In this document: piece by piece, positions 50,256-60,170 of the stretch
How positions within the stretch are numbered: position 1 is the stretch's first letter
Layout: every line of letters starts with the position of its first letter
DNA from: Candidatus Bathyarchaeota archaeon
GTDB taxonomy: Archaea > Thermoproteota > Bathyarchaeia > Bathyarchaeales > Bathycorpusculaceae
DNA: 64,000 nucleotides
Direction of reading: 5' to 3'
NCBI GenBank assembly: GCA_963767735.1
Contig: CAVYES010000002.1
Span: 1 to 64,000, forward strand
Translations under genes and position numbers: made by a program
Notes under the pieces: generated by a model
Database searches by the model: none
What the model was told of the DNA's origin: nothing
The model's input: only the letters and a program-made list of their open reading frames with translations

Positions 50256-51911
50256 TTATTCACTCAACTGTCTACGCAAAATGTTCTCTAAACGAACTAA
50301 AATCTCTTTGCTTGTTTCCACATCAGCATCAACAAAATCAAAGTCTAAACCCTTTGCACTGCACGCTAATCTGCATGCATCTTTAACGGTGTTCTTCCAA
50401 AGTTTAGGGTCATTAAACAAAACAACACTAGCATATGATGTTCGCATGATGTATTGATGGGTTTGGTTTGCGACATAGTCTACCGTTTCCATGTCAAGAG
50501 GCAAAGCAGCCTCGTGCTGACTGAGCGGGTAAACTTCGTCAAGCTCCAACGGAACCACTCCGAAGGGAGCGGAGTAAACGCAAACATGAATTTTCGAAGC
50601 CACCTCTTCGCCCAAACAGCGGAAAAGATGCCTGATCTTCTTAAACTCAGGCGCTCTATGAAACGGTTTATTCCTTGTTTGCGGCACAAGCAAAAGAACC
50701 TTCGCACATTTTGGCGGGTCATATCGTGCGTTTAATCGTTTGCGGTAATGGGTTATTTCTGGACGCACAAGACCAACAGAATCGAAATAGAAGAAGCCGT
50801 TGCTCTTCACCGTTGGACTGTAGTTTTCAAGAAAATCATCGTGACCCTGTAATCGTTTTAATGCTGAAAGCAACGCTGGATGACCGTGAACCCGCATTTC
50901 TGTATGCTCCCAAAGCCTGCCATTCTTTATCGCTTGTTTAATGCGCTTAAGCTCCGCTTGGCAGACGTAGAGGTTATGTTCAGCTAAGAAGACTTCCCGC
51001 TCTTTCTTCTCTTTTCTCTCCAGTCCTCTCGGGGTCTCCGTTGAGCATCGGGGGCAGCAGCATGGAAAATAATCCATCTCCTCAAGCCGCCATGTACCGT
51101 TCTCAGTCATGTAACGGTTTTCCCTAGCGTACAGCGCGTAAGCGGCCGAATCGAAAAGGTCGCAGCCCAAAGCTACAGCCAACGAGAACATTGCGGGGTG
51201 CCCTGCGCCAAACAGGTGCAGCGGACGCTCAATTGGCAAGCGCTTTTTCGCGGTTAATATCATGTCGGCTAAAACATCATAGCGGTAGCTTTCCATAACC
51301 TCGGTTGGGCTTCCAAGGGCGTGGATTTGGAAGGGCAGTTTTCCCATTTCAAGCGCCGAGTTCGCAACCAGGTCTAGGTGTCTTCCGCCTTGTATTGGTC
51401 CAACCCATAAAATGTCGTCCCGCGTCTTAGTTTTAAAGAAATCCTTTGCTCTGTGTAGGGTTTCAGCCACTGTGCCTTGGGCTTGTTCTTTGGTTACTCT
51501 CCAGCCTGTGGGTATGTCAAGCATAGTGGCGATGTCGCTGCCGATGCCTTCTTGGTAAGCAACAATTTCTTTTTGGCTAACATCCACTTCTCCGTAAACG
51601 AGGATTTGATAGGCTCCTGAATCAGTCATTACTGCCCCGTCAAAGTCCAGAAATTTATGCAAGCCCTCGTTGACAGGTCTGTCGTCATAGCGTTTTTTGA
51701 GTATGTAAGCGTTAGTTATAACTGCTTCAAAACCAAACGTCTCCTTAAGTCTTCTAGGCGAAACAAGCTGAACGCTTGGGTTAATTACCGGAAACAAGAG
51801 AGGAGTTTCCACTGTTCCACTTTTAGTTTTAAGCTTGCCTATTCTGCCAAGCAAGTCTTTTTCTTTAATTTCGAAACTCAAGCTGAAACCTAAACAAGAA
51901 TCACACCTCAA
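50256..51911 (-). CDS. tgtA: archaeosine tRNA-guanine(15) transglycosylase (true start probably TTG at 51881)
   Basis: ETP.LFPV.NP, TDSGAYQ, PIQGG, HLFGAGHP, DLFDSAAY, Zn site CxCxxC...H. Confidence 0.96.
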   Translation of the reverse strand: MRCDSCLGFSLSFEIKEKDLLGRIGKLKTKSGTVETPLLFPVINPSVQLVSPRRLKETFGFEAVITNAYILKKRYDDRPVNEGLHKFLDFDGAVMTDSGAYQILVYGEVDVSQKEIVAYQEGIGSDIATMLDIPTGWRVTKEQAQGTVAETLHRAKDFFKTKTRDDILWVGPIQGGRHLDLVANSALEMGKLPFQIHALGSPTEVMESYRYDVLADMILTAKKRLPIERPLHLFGAGHPAMFSLAVALGCDLFDSAAYALYARENRYMTENGTWRLEEMDYFPCCCPRCSTETPRGLERKEKKEREVFLAEHNLYVCQAELKRIKQAIKNGRLWEHTEMRVHGHPALLSALKRLQGHDDFLENYSPTVKSNGFFYFDSVGLVRPEITHYRKRLNARYDPPKCAKVLLLVPQTRNKPFHRAPEFKKIRHLFRCLGEEVASKIHVCVYSAPFGVVPLELDEVYPLSQHEAALPLDMETVDYVANQTHQYIMRTSYASVVLFNDPKLWKNTVKDACRLACSAKGLDFDFVDADVETSKEILVRLENILRRQLSE

Positions 51912-52033
51912 TTATAAAAAACACTAGCCTCAAAATCATATGAAGATTGCAAACAAAAGTAATGGCCACATTTTGATTAGGCAACCTTATATCGCATTAA
52001 TTTGTCTAATACCGACAATAGAGATGCTGAAGC

Positions 52034-52786
52034 ATGGTTTGCTCAATCGACATAAGTGAAAAGCCAAAACTAAACGATCCGATTCTGATTGAAGGTTTGC
52101 CTGGCATAGGATTTGTGGCGAACATTGCCGCGCTGCATTTGATACGGGAGCTAAAAGCTAAACGGTTCGTCCAAATTTTTTCCTCATCATTTCAAGATTT
52201 TGCTGTAACAACTGAAGATGGCGGAGCGCTCTCGCCCATAAATGAGCTCTATTACGTGAAGCGGGAGGATGGCGGTCGCGACTTGATTATTTGGTATGGA
52301 AATACGCAGGCGCTGACAACAGTTGGGCAATATGAGCTTGTTGGTAGAGTGCTTGATTTAGCGCAGGAGTTTGGCTGCCGCTTTGTAATATCCATCGGCG
52401 GCTTCAAGAAAGATGAGGCGCAGCCTATACCAGCGATTTACAGTACAGCCACGGATTTGGATACGATGCAGGAGGCTCTTGATTTAGGAACTAAAGTGAT
52501 GGTTGGTCACGTTTTCGGTATCGCTGGCTTATCCGTTGGTTTAGCCGGCATTAGGGACTTGAAGGGTTTCTCTTTGCTGGTTGACACGCCAGGGATGGAT
52601 CCTGACGCTAACGCAGCAAGGTACGCGCTAACTGTGCTTGGTAAATATTTGAAGCTTAACGTGGACTTGTCGGGGCTTGAAGAAACCGGTGCCGAGATAA
52701 AGAAGGTTTTAGAGTCTTTTGGGATTGTTAGAACCATAACAGAAGAAAAGAAGAAAGAGGAAGAGCAACTGCGCTGGTTTATTTAG
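52034..52786 (+). CDS. PAC2-family proteasome assembly chaperone
   Basis: IEGLPGIG.VANIA, ISIGG, PD.NAA. Confidence 0.88.
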   Translation: MVCSIDISEKPKLNDPILIEGLPGIGFVANIAALHLIRELKAKRFVQIFSSSFQDFAVTTEDGGALSPINELYYVKREDGGRDLIIWYGNTQALTTVGQYELVGRVLDLAQEFGCRFVISIGGFKKDEAQPIPAIYSTATDLDTMQEALDLGTKVMVGHVFGIAGLSVGLAGIRDLKGFSLLVDTPGMDPDANAARYALTVLGKYLKLNVDLSGLEETGAEIKKVLESFGIVRTITEEKKKEEEQLRWFI

Positions 52787-53205
52787 GCTTTGACTTCGCT
52801 CATGAATTGTTCGTATACTTTTTGCACTCGCTCAGCGGCTGGACCTGAACCTTCAACCACGCCTTTTTCTGTTAGTTTCACTTTATCCATTACCCAGATG
52901 AAACCCTTGTCATCATATAATTTAACCATGGTTGGGAAGACTTTTTCAAGTCTGTTAGCTAAGGCTTTAAGGTCGAAGGGTTTTTCTGCGCTTGAGATTT
53001 GAGCAACCACGTTTCCGTTTAGGAAAACTCGGTGAAGCAAAGTTCCAAGTTCGTCTTTTGCATCAGCTAGGCAAAGGCTCATATTATCCTGGTTAATGCC
53101 GATTAGTGTACCGTTGAATATTTTTCCAGTAATTGTCGCCACAGACACGGTTTTATCTGCTAGGGCTGCGACTTCGGTGAAATACTTTCTTTGCGCTACA
53201 GACAA
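52783..53205 (-). CDS. Sm-like protein with C-terminal domain (SmAP3 type)
   Basis: Sm fold (GKIFNGTLIGI...LCL.DA) plus FDL..LA..LE..FP..VK...GSGP.A.RV; AAGGAG SD before TTG at 53205. Confidence 0.88.
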   Translation of the reverse strand: MSVAQRKYFTEVAALADKTVSVATITGKIFNGTLIGINQDNMSLCLADAKDELGTLLHRVFLNGNVVAQISSAEKPFDLKALANRLEKVFPTMVKLYDDKGFIWVMDKVKLTEKGVVEGSGPAAERVQKVYEQFMSEVKA

Positions 53206-53528
53206 GTTTATTTCTCCTTTAACGTAACGAGATTGCACTACCACTATTTATCTTTGATTTAAATAGTACACGTAGAACTCCAGCTTAAAATTTTTAATTG
53301 ACCTTCGAGACTCAATAACCTGATCAATAATCTTATTGCATTCAACTTCCCTTGGCAAAACCCATTTCAATGCGTTTCCTTTTGGTAAAAAAATGATAGC
53401 CAATGCTCAAAGTCACCTATAAATTTTACATCCTGACTTTTTGATAAACTATACTTCAGGTGGGCAAACTGGTCGCATGAGTGCAGGTTCAATTCCGATG
53501 TGATTTTCCCGCGGGATTTTTTTCTTTG

Positions 53529-53642
53529 TGTTTTGGGTTGCTTTTTTGAATCAAAGCTTAAATCTTTAACAGATAGTGTGTTTATTTGTGCCAATTTGAG
53601 CCTATTTGTCCATTTTGTGCCATTTTGTGTCGAATTGTGTCT
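53529..53642 (+). repeat. element copy C: conserved leader and 6 x ~10-bp WTTTGTGYCN array
   Basis: 22-bp exact match to 33590-33611; units atttgtgcca/atttgagcct/atttgtcca/ttttgtgcca/ttttgtgtcg/aattgtgtct. Confidence 0.8.
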
Positions 53643-53672
53643 GGAATCGTAAGTGAAGGATAGGGGGTTAGG

Positions 53673-53858
53673 ATGCCGTTAAGTAGAAAAGTTAATTTTA
53701 AAACCACTTTAAAAAGAAGGAATCTCTTGCAGGTTCCAAATGTAATTAGATGGGAATTCAAATTAGAACCCACCCAACTCCCAACAGTATCCGTCCGCCT
53801 GTTCGGGCTACCAATAAGCTGTTTGCCCGATAGACCACTTTTTTTAAAAAAAAAATAG
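53673..53858 (+). pseudogene. AbrB/MraZ-like protein, truncated (element copy C)
   Basis: MPLSRKVNFKTTLKRRNLLQVPNVIRWEFKLEP has the AbrB-type Q.P..IR pattern; the second half seen in copy A is missing. Confidence 0.7.
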
Positions 53859-53865
53859 TTTTAAT

Positions 53866-54183
53866 TTACGATTGTTTATCGCCGAAGATTTCAAAGAAGC
53901 CCTTCATTTTCCAGTAAGTATCGAGGAATTCTAAGCCTCGCGGAGTGGCAAAATAGAGGCTTTGTTGGTCGGCTGTGAGTTTTCTTACTAAGCCGTATTC
54001 GGATAAAGCATCAAGTATTTTTCTTAGGCGATCAACGGGTGTACCTACGCCATAGGAGATGCGTGTGATTTTGCCGCCTTCAGGGTAACGAATAAGCACC
54101 TCAAGCACTTGAGCGTAAAGATCAGTTTTGGAACGCTTAACACTTGGCTCTCTCATCAATGGTTCTCCAGCAACATCCTTCAA
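53866..54183 (-). CDS. winged helix-turn-helix protein (archaeal HTH_45-like)
   Basis: KRSKTDLY..VL...ITRISYG...TPRGLEFL. Confidence 0.85.
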   Translation of the reverse strand: MKDVAGEPLMREPSVKRSKTDLYAQVLEVLIRYPEGGKITRISYGVGTPVDRLRKILDALSEYGLVRKLTADQQSLYFATPRGLEFLDTYWKMKGFFEIFGDKQS

Positions 54184-55475
54184 AGCGGCGGATCGGGCAA
54201 TTTCTCAACTTTCTTCGCGGGCTCACTTACCGCTGCTCCAAAGTCAACTTTTAGCTCGTCGGTGTAGGTTATTTGTTCTGCAGCGGAACCCTGCTCCAAC
54301 GTTACCCTGCCAGCAAAAATGCGGCCCGCTCTACACATCGGACCAACCACAGCCTCAGACGCGTAAATATCTTCAACGATAGTTCCTGCTCCAGCTGCCG
54401 CCAAATTACCCCACCAACCGCCAAAGCTCAAATCCGCGTTTTTACCTACATGCACCTGCTCACCAACCAAGACTCCTTCAAATCGGGTGCCACTGCGCAC
54501 CCTAACGACTTTGGCCTTTAGACCCTGTTTTGCCTCTATTTTGCCGCTGACATCTGCTTCTTCCCGAACAGTAATCTTGTTTGCTGTAAATTTTCCGCTT
54601 ACTCGCATGTGTCCGCTTTCAAAGTCGTGAACTATCTCTGTTACGCCATTGCCTTCAAATCGGTCGGAGACGACGAGTGAGCCAGCTATCGAGAGTTTTC
54701 CGCCTAACTCAATTTTCTGCGCTTGGCAGTCGCCGCGTAATTCAATGACTCCTCCAGCGTGAATATAGTCGCAGGTTAGGTTTCCGTCAACCTCAAGTTT
54801 GCCAAAAGTTGATATCTTGCGTCCTTTGCAGCCTGCGGGTAGCCAGCCTCTGCCATAGACCATAAGTTCGCCGAATTCCAGGGGTTTGGTGCTGCTGAAT
54901 TTTCCGCCGACCCGAATGCTCCCCACGATGGATCCTCCGCCCACATCAACTTCACCGCCTACGTCAAGGTCACCGATTTTGACTATGCCCAGAGCAACTA
55001 CTTTGCCGCCAACTCGAACACTTAACGCTTCAAAGGTACCTTGGATGTTTGCACGTCCGCCAACTCTGATCCTGTCGCATTTGATTACTCCGGCTTCTAC
55101 TTTTCCGCCCACATCGATTTCAGATGCGTTGATTGCGCCGCTGACTTTCACTGAGTGACTAACACTGAGTTGCTTATGAACTGTCAAATTACCAGTTACT
55201 TCTAGTTTGCCGGCGTATCGACCGGTTATTTCGAGTCGTGCCCTGTTAGAGCCCCCTCGAATATCTTTTAATTTGGAGAGAAAAATCTCCGATTGAACAG
55301 AGTCACATTCAAGATCACAGTTCACATAGGCTTTACCCTCCAAGTAGACGCCTCCAGTGACGACGACGTTTTTGCCGTTGCTGGCTTCGATGGTTGCATT
55401 GTTGCCTACCCTAAGCTCGCCCTCTACTACGTCAACTTTGACGGTTTGTCCCCGTGGAATACGTAAATCTGACAT
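54180..55475 (-). CDS. long bactofilin-like (polymer-forming) beta-helix protein
   Basis: Many (I/V)xVGGx(V/L) and G.L.V.G repeats over ~430 aa. Confidence 0.75.
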   Translation of the reverse strand: MSDLRIPRGQTVKVDVVEGELRVGNNATIEASNGKNVVVTGGVYLEGKAYVNCDLECDSVQSEIFLSKLKDIRGGSNRARLEITGRYAGKLEVTGNLTVHKQLSVSHSVKVSGAINASEIDVGGKVEAGVIKCDRIRVGGRANIQGTFEALSVRVGGKVVALGIVKIGDLDVGGEVDVGGGSIVGSIRVGGKFSSTKPLEFGELMVYGRGWLPAGCKGRKISTFGKLEVDGNLTCDYIHAGGVIELRGDCQAQKIELGGKLSIAGSLVVSDRFEGNGVTEIVHDFESGHMRVSGKFTANKITVREEADVSGKIEAKQGLKAKVVRVRSGTRFEGVLVGEQVHVGKNADLSFGGWWGNLAAAGAGTIVEDIYASEAVVGPMCRAGRIFAGRVTLEQGSAAEQITYTDELKVDFGAAVSEPAKKVEKLPDPPL

Positions 55476-55549
55476 GGTTTTTAGTATCTCTCCTGTGCTT
55501 TTAAGGGTGATTCACTTTGCGTTACTAACATCATTTTATGCGCCTCTCT

Positions 55550-56410
55550 TTACTCGGCTTTTAATGCTCTTTGAGCAATCAAGTATCCGATCACCGCAAG
55601 CACAACGGCAAAGACAGCTAGGTACAGCATATTCCAACCCACAGTTGACAGTTGAACTGACGAAAGAGTCCCGTTCACTATTAGTAGCCTGGCGGTTTCA
55701 ACAGCTTTCGTTACCGGATTAACTTCTGCTATGGCTTTAAGCCAGCTCGGGAAAGTTCCAAGCGGAAACATTGCACTGCTCATGAACACCAACGGAAATG
55801 CTAAGAAATTGCATATGGCGACAAGTGAATCAACATTTTTTACCGCAAAAGCAAATGAAGTAAAGAGGCAACCGAACGCAAACGTGACGAGCCCAAAGGC
55901 AACAAAGATGCCTAAGAAGTTAAGCACACCAAAACCCGCTCCAACCTGCAAGCCGTTTGGAAGCAACGCAGCAACAATAAATGCCAAGAGCGCTATGAAC
56001 ATTGCTTTCACAAAGTTCTGCAAGGCGCCCGAAAAGAAAATTGACGCTCTGGATATCGGTGCACTCAACAGTGAGTTGAGGTAGCCTAATTGGCGGTCAA
56101 GAACTATGTCGATTCCGCCGTAAGCCATGTTAATTATAACTATGAACGCGATTACGCCAGCCGTTATGAAAGTTATGTAGTTTGCTGCACCTCCAAACAC
56201 TGAACCTATCGCAGACTTAATCTGCCCAACTAAAACAGGCGACAGGGGCGTGCCTCCGATTTTCGAAGGCACAAGGTTAACTGGGTTAAATGAGCTCCCG
56301 AAAAGAGCCAGCCAAAACACTGCCATAAATAATCCCGGCATAATCGCGGCTGGGTTGCGAATCCACTTCTTCAAAGAACGCGCAGTCAACGCGAATGTGT
56401 CGCTGAACAT
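55550..56410 (-). CDS. ABC-2 type exporter permease
   Basis: DR..GYL..LL.AP.SR, FMSSAMFP, NPVT.AV...R. Confidence 0.92.
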   Translation of the reverse strand: MFSDTFALTARSLKKWIRNPAAIMPGLFMAVFWLALFGSSFNPVNLVPSKIGGTPLSPVLVGQIKSAIGSVFGGAANYITFITAGVIAFIVIINMAYGGIDIVLDRQLGYLNSLLSAPISRASIFFSGALQNFVKAMFIALLAFIVAALLPNGLQVGAGFGVLNFLGIFVAFGLVTFAFGCLFTSFAFAVKNVDSLVAICNFLAFPLVFMSSAMFPLGTFPSWLKAIAEVNPVTKAVETARLLIVNGTLSSVQLSTVGWNMLYLAVFAVVLAVIGYLIAQRALKAE

Positions 56411-56411
56411 T

Positions 56412-57407
56412 TTACTTCAACCTCTCAATAAGAACACGCTGCCCATACGAGTCGCCGATTGCTGCTCCATCACGCATCGTATCGCCAGTGATTTGCAAGA
56501 AAACTTGATCCAATGTCGGCTTAGATAACGCGATGTCAGAAATTTTGAGACCTTTCTTGGTAATAGTTTCAACAATAGCAGGTAAAGCTGTTTCAGTCCG
56601 AGTGAGCTTAATTTTGTAGGTTTTGCCTTCTTTTGCTGCATCTGTAACATCTGGGATTCCGTTCAGCAGGCTGGATATGTCAGCACTGCCCGTGAGTTGT
56701 AGAGTCAGAATGGTGCCGCCTAGTTTGGCTTTTAGTTCTGAAGGTGAACCTGACAGCTTGATTACTCCGTTGTCTATGATTGCGATTCTATTACATAGCG
56801 AGTCAGCTTCCTCCAAGTAATGCGTCGTCATAAACACGGTTATGCCTTGTTCGCGGTTAAGGTCTCGAATGTAAGTCCACATTTTCTGTCTCGTCTGAAT
56901 ATCCAGCCCCAATGTTGGTTCATCCAAAAAAAGTATTTTCGGGTCGTGAATAAGTCCCATTGCAAGTTGCAGCCGCCTTCGCATTCCGCCCGAATAAGTT
57001 TTAACCTGCCTTGACGCGGCACCTTCAAGCTCCAAAAGCTCAAGCAGCTCTTTACCCTTCTTGCGCGCTACGTCGCTTGGAACATGATGCAGCTTCGCGG
57101 AGAGAGATAGATTTTCAACGCCTTTCAATTCGTCATCTGCTGTAAGCTCCTGAGGAACTACTCCAATGGTTTTGCGGACAGCACCTGGGTTTTTGCCGAC
57201 GTCGTAGCCTGCCACTGACGCTTGGCCCTCAGTTGCGGAAGCCAAGGTGGTAAGCATTTTGATTGTTGTGGTTTTTCCTGCCCCGTTTGGTCCTATAAAA
57301 CCGAAAAGTTTGCCTTCTTCCACCGAAAAAGAGATGTGGTTGACGGCTTTGATGGTTTTCTTGTAAGTTTTAGTGAGGTTTACAGCCTCAATTATGTTGG
57401 TTTTCAT
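56412..57407 (-). CDS. ABC exporter ATP-binding protein (DrrA-like)
   Basis: GPNGAGKTT, YSGGMRRRL, FLDEPT.GLD, TTHYLEEAD. Confidence 0.95.
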   Translation of the reverse strand: MKTNIIEAVNLTKTYKKTIKAVNHISFSVEEGKLFGFIGPNGAGKTTTIKMLTTLASATEGQASVAGYDVGKNPGAVRKTIGVVPQELTADDELKGVENLSLSAKLHHVPSDVARKKGKELLELLELEGAASRQVKTYSGGMRRRLQLAMGLIHDPKILFLDEPTLGLDIQTRQKMWTYIRDLNREQGITVFMTTHYLEEADSLCNRIAIIDNGVIKLSGSPSELKAKLGGTILTLQLTGSADISSLLNGIPDVTDAAKEGKTYKIKLTRTETALPAIVETITKKGLKISDIALSKPTLDQVFLQITGDTMRDGAAIGDSYGQRVLIERLK

Positions 57408-57641
57408 TTGAATCGTTCCTTTTAGTGGACGTTGCTTGCGGACGATAAATAGTCAGTTCACTGTGGGTAATCACAAAAAGACATCACAATAAGATACTAT
57501 CCCTATTGGGATTCAGTCAAACGCATTATCTTAATCGAAACTTCGACTTTCAAGTATTGAAAAAAACAAAATAGAAATGGCAAGCATCAATGAAAAAAAC
57601 TCTTTAGGCGGTTTGATTAGCAGCTAAAAGGTTTTTTTAAA

Positions 57642-58769
57642 TCATACGCATGATATAGCCTCAGAGATACCTGCGATCTTGTAAACATAGTGCAAATGAA
57701 CAACTTTCTTAACCATTAGAGCAAGTTTTCCCTCGACTTTTACGCCGGCAACTCGTCCAATGCCGTATCTTTCGCCGACTGCTAAGATTAGTCCGTTGAA
57801 GTTAGGAACATAAGTCGTCCTTTTTGCTCCAGTCAAATCAGCAAACAAATTCTTTGATACAGCGTCAGCTTGCTGAAGAGCAATCTCAATGCATTGAGGA
57901 AGGGGTTCTCCAGTTTTGGAGTCAAGGACAAGTGCGCAGTCCCCAACGACGTAGACTCCTGGAAAACCAACAGCTTCGCAGTACTCATTTATCATAACTC
58001 TTTTGCCTTTGCCGGTTTTCAATCCACTTTCAGCAACTACTCTTGAAGCTTGAACTCCAAACGTCCAAATGAAAAGAGAACAGCCCATTTGGCTACCATC
58101 GCTCAAAACAGCAGCATCTGACTTAATTTCAACGACGGATTTGTTGAAAACCATTTTGGCTCCCATGTCCTCGAGAACCTTAGCGACCTTGCCTGAAAAT
58201 TCTGGGATTCCCCAGTTCGGAAGCAACATGCTAGCGCCCTCAATTAGGGTAACGCAGCATTTTAGTTCATCAGCGATTTCGCCTGCCAACTCAACTCCCG
58301 TGAATCCTCCACCGCCAACTATGACATTGATATCTTTTTCTTGCGCCCGAAGTTTCTTTAGTTCATCCCTAATTCTTACAGCAGACTCTATTGAACAGAC
58401 GCAGAAGGCGTTTTCGGCGCCTTTAATGTTATAAAAGTTGGGTTCACTGCCAAGCGCGATTACAAGTTCAGAATAGGGTAAATCTCCTTTGTCTGTGTGC
58501 ACAGTTTTCTGGCTTAAGTCAATGCGTTCCACTGTTGCTTGGTGAAACTGAATTTTCCTTTTTTCCAGCAGTTCGCTTAAGGGGATGACAACATCTTCAG
58601 CTTTCTTGACGCCTGTGACAATCTCGTATGAGAGATGTAGATACTGGTGAAAATCGTTCCTGTCAACCAGTATTACATTTACGTCTTGTAAATTTCGAGT
58701 GTTTTCTTCCAGTTGAAGCGCGGTCATCAATCCGCCATAACCTGCTCCAAGAACTACTATCTGCTGCAA
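57642..58769 (-). CDS. type II NADH dehydrogenase-like FAD oxidoreductase
   Basis: GAGYGG, LVIALGS, GGGFTGVELAGE, VYVVGD. Confidence 0.88.
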   Translation of the reverse strand: MQQIVVLGAGYGGLMTALQLEENTRNLQDVNVILVDRNDFHQYLHLSYEIVTGVKKAEDVVIPLSELLEKRKIQFHQATVERIDLSQKTVHTDKGDLPYSELVIALGSEPNFYNIKGAENAFCVCSIESAVRIRDELKKLRAQEKDINVIVGGGGFTGVELAGEIADELKCCVTLIEGASMLLPNWGIPEFSGKVAKVLEDMGAKMVFNKSVVEIKSDAAVLSDGSQMGCSLFIWTFGVQASRVVAESGLKTGKGKRVMINEYCEAVGFPGVYVVGDCALVLDSKTGEPLPQCIEIALQQADAVSKNLFADLTGAKRTTYVPNFNGLILAVGERYGIGRVAGVKVEGKLALMVKKVVHLHYVYKIAGISEAISCV

Positions 58770-58887
58770 AATTGATTCCTCATTAGAAAAAAAGGTTCGC
58801 GAGCTTTATTTAGGTACCCACTCTTGTTCGATCTGTCCTCCTTGTGGTACCATTCGGGTTTTCGGCGTTTCTGAAAGATATGCTCTT

Positions 58888-60170
58888 TTAACTTTTCTTT
58901 TCGTGTATTTCGCAGTTCTGCTTTAGAAAAGCCATCGAGTTAGCGGGTAAATCGCGTTCAATCATTAAGTTTGGTCCTACCCAACTGTTCACGCCAACCT
59001 TCACGCCGGGCATAAACAGCGACTTAATCCCCGTCTTCACGTTGTCGCCAAGAACTGCCCCCAGTTTGCGTCTGCCCAGTATTGATAAGTTGGTCTTTTA
59101 CCATCATTTTAATTGCGCCAGCGTCTAAACGGTAATTAGCCATGACGGTACCTGCGCCCAAGTTGCAGATGTTCGCCAAGGATACTGTCGCCAACATACG
59201 ATAAGTGTCCAACGTGAGTGTGGTCCATGATGATGCTGTTTTTTATTTCGCAAGCGTTGCCTACCCGCACACTTCTGCCTAAACTGGTGCCCGACCGAAT
59301 GTAACAGTTTGGTCCCACGTCGCATTCTTCATCTATAAAGGCTGGTCCTTCAATGTATGCGCCTGAGCGGATGCGGGCAGACTCCGCAACAAAAACTGGG
59401 CCGATGAGGTGTGCTCCCTGTTCTATCTTGCCTAAAACTTGGGGCTCCATACGTTTCAAAGCCCAGTTGTTAGCATCCAGCAAATCCCATGGTCTGCCAA
59501 CATCAAACCAGTCATCTTTAGAAAGTTCACAAGCCAAAACCGTTTTGCAGTCTTTAGCCAGCAAAGTTACAGCGTCAGTGAGTTCCCATTCGCCGCGCTC
59601 GGAAGCTTCTGTTTGCTTTATCTTATCAAAAATCTCTTTAGAAAAAACATATACGCCCGCGTTAGCGAAGTTAGACGGCGCTTTGCCAGCAGCAGGCTTC
59701 TCTACAATGCGTTTAACCTTTTTTTCTTCGTCTAACTCGATAATTCCGTAGCTTTCAGATTTATCAACCTGAACATACCCCATAACACCCGCAGTTTTTT
59801 CGCTCTTGTACAACTGTAAAACGTTCTTTACAGCATCTAAGCCAAACAACAAGTCGCCGTAAACAACAACAAAATCATCATCCACAAACGGTTCAGCTGC
59901 AGCAACGGCGTTTCCTGTGCCAAGCACCTTTTTTTGCTCAACATAAGTTATTTTTAAACCAAGTTTTTCGCCGTCGCCGAAGTATTGGCGAATAGCATCG
60001 CCCATGTAATGCGTAACAATTATTGCCTCGGTTATTCCTGCGTTTTTTACTGCTTCCAAGCAGAACTGCAGAATCGGTTTTCCGCCAACCTTAATCAAAT
60101 GCTTAGGACGCGTCGCCGTTATGGGCAAAAGCCTGATGCCTTCGCCGGCAGCAAGTAATACAGCTTTCAT
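58888..60170 (-). CDS. glmU: bifunctional sugar-1-phosphate nucleotidylyltransferase/acetyltransferase (archaeal GlmU), frameshifted near 59165 and 59075
   Basis: LAAGEG.RL.P.T..RPK, HLSYVGDS, NLGAGT..AN.R.D, KLGAVLGD; stop at 58888; coupled to glmM. Confidence 0.9.
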
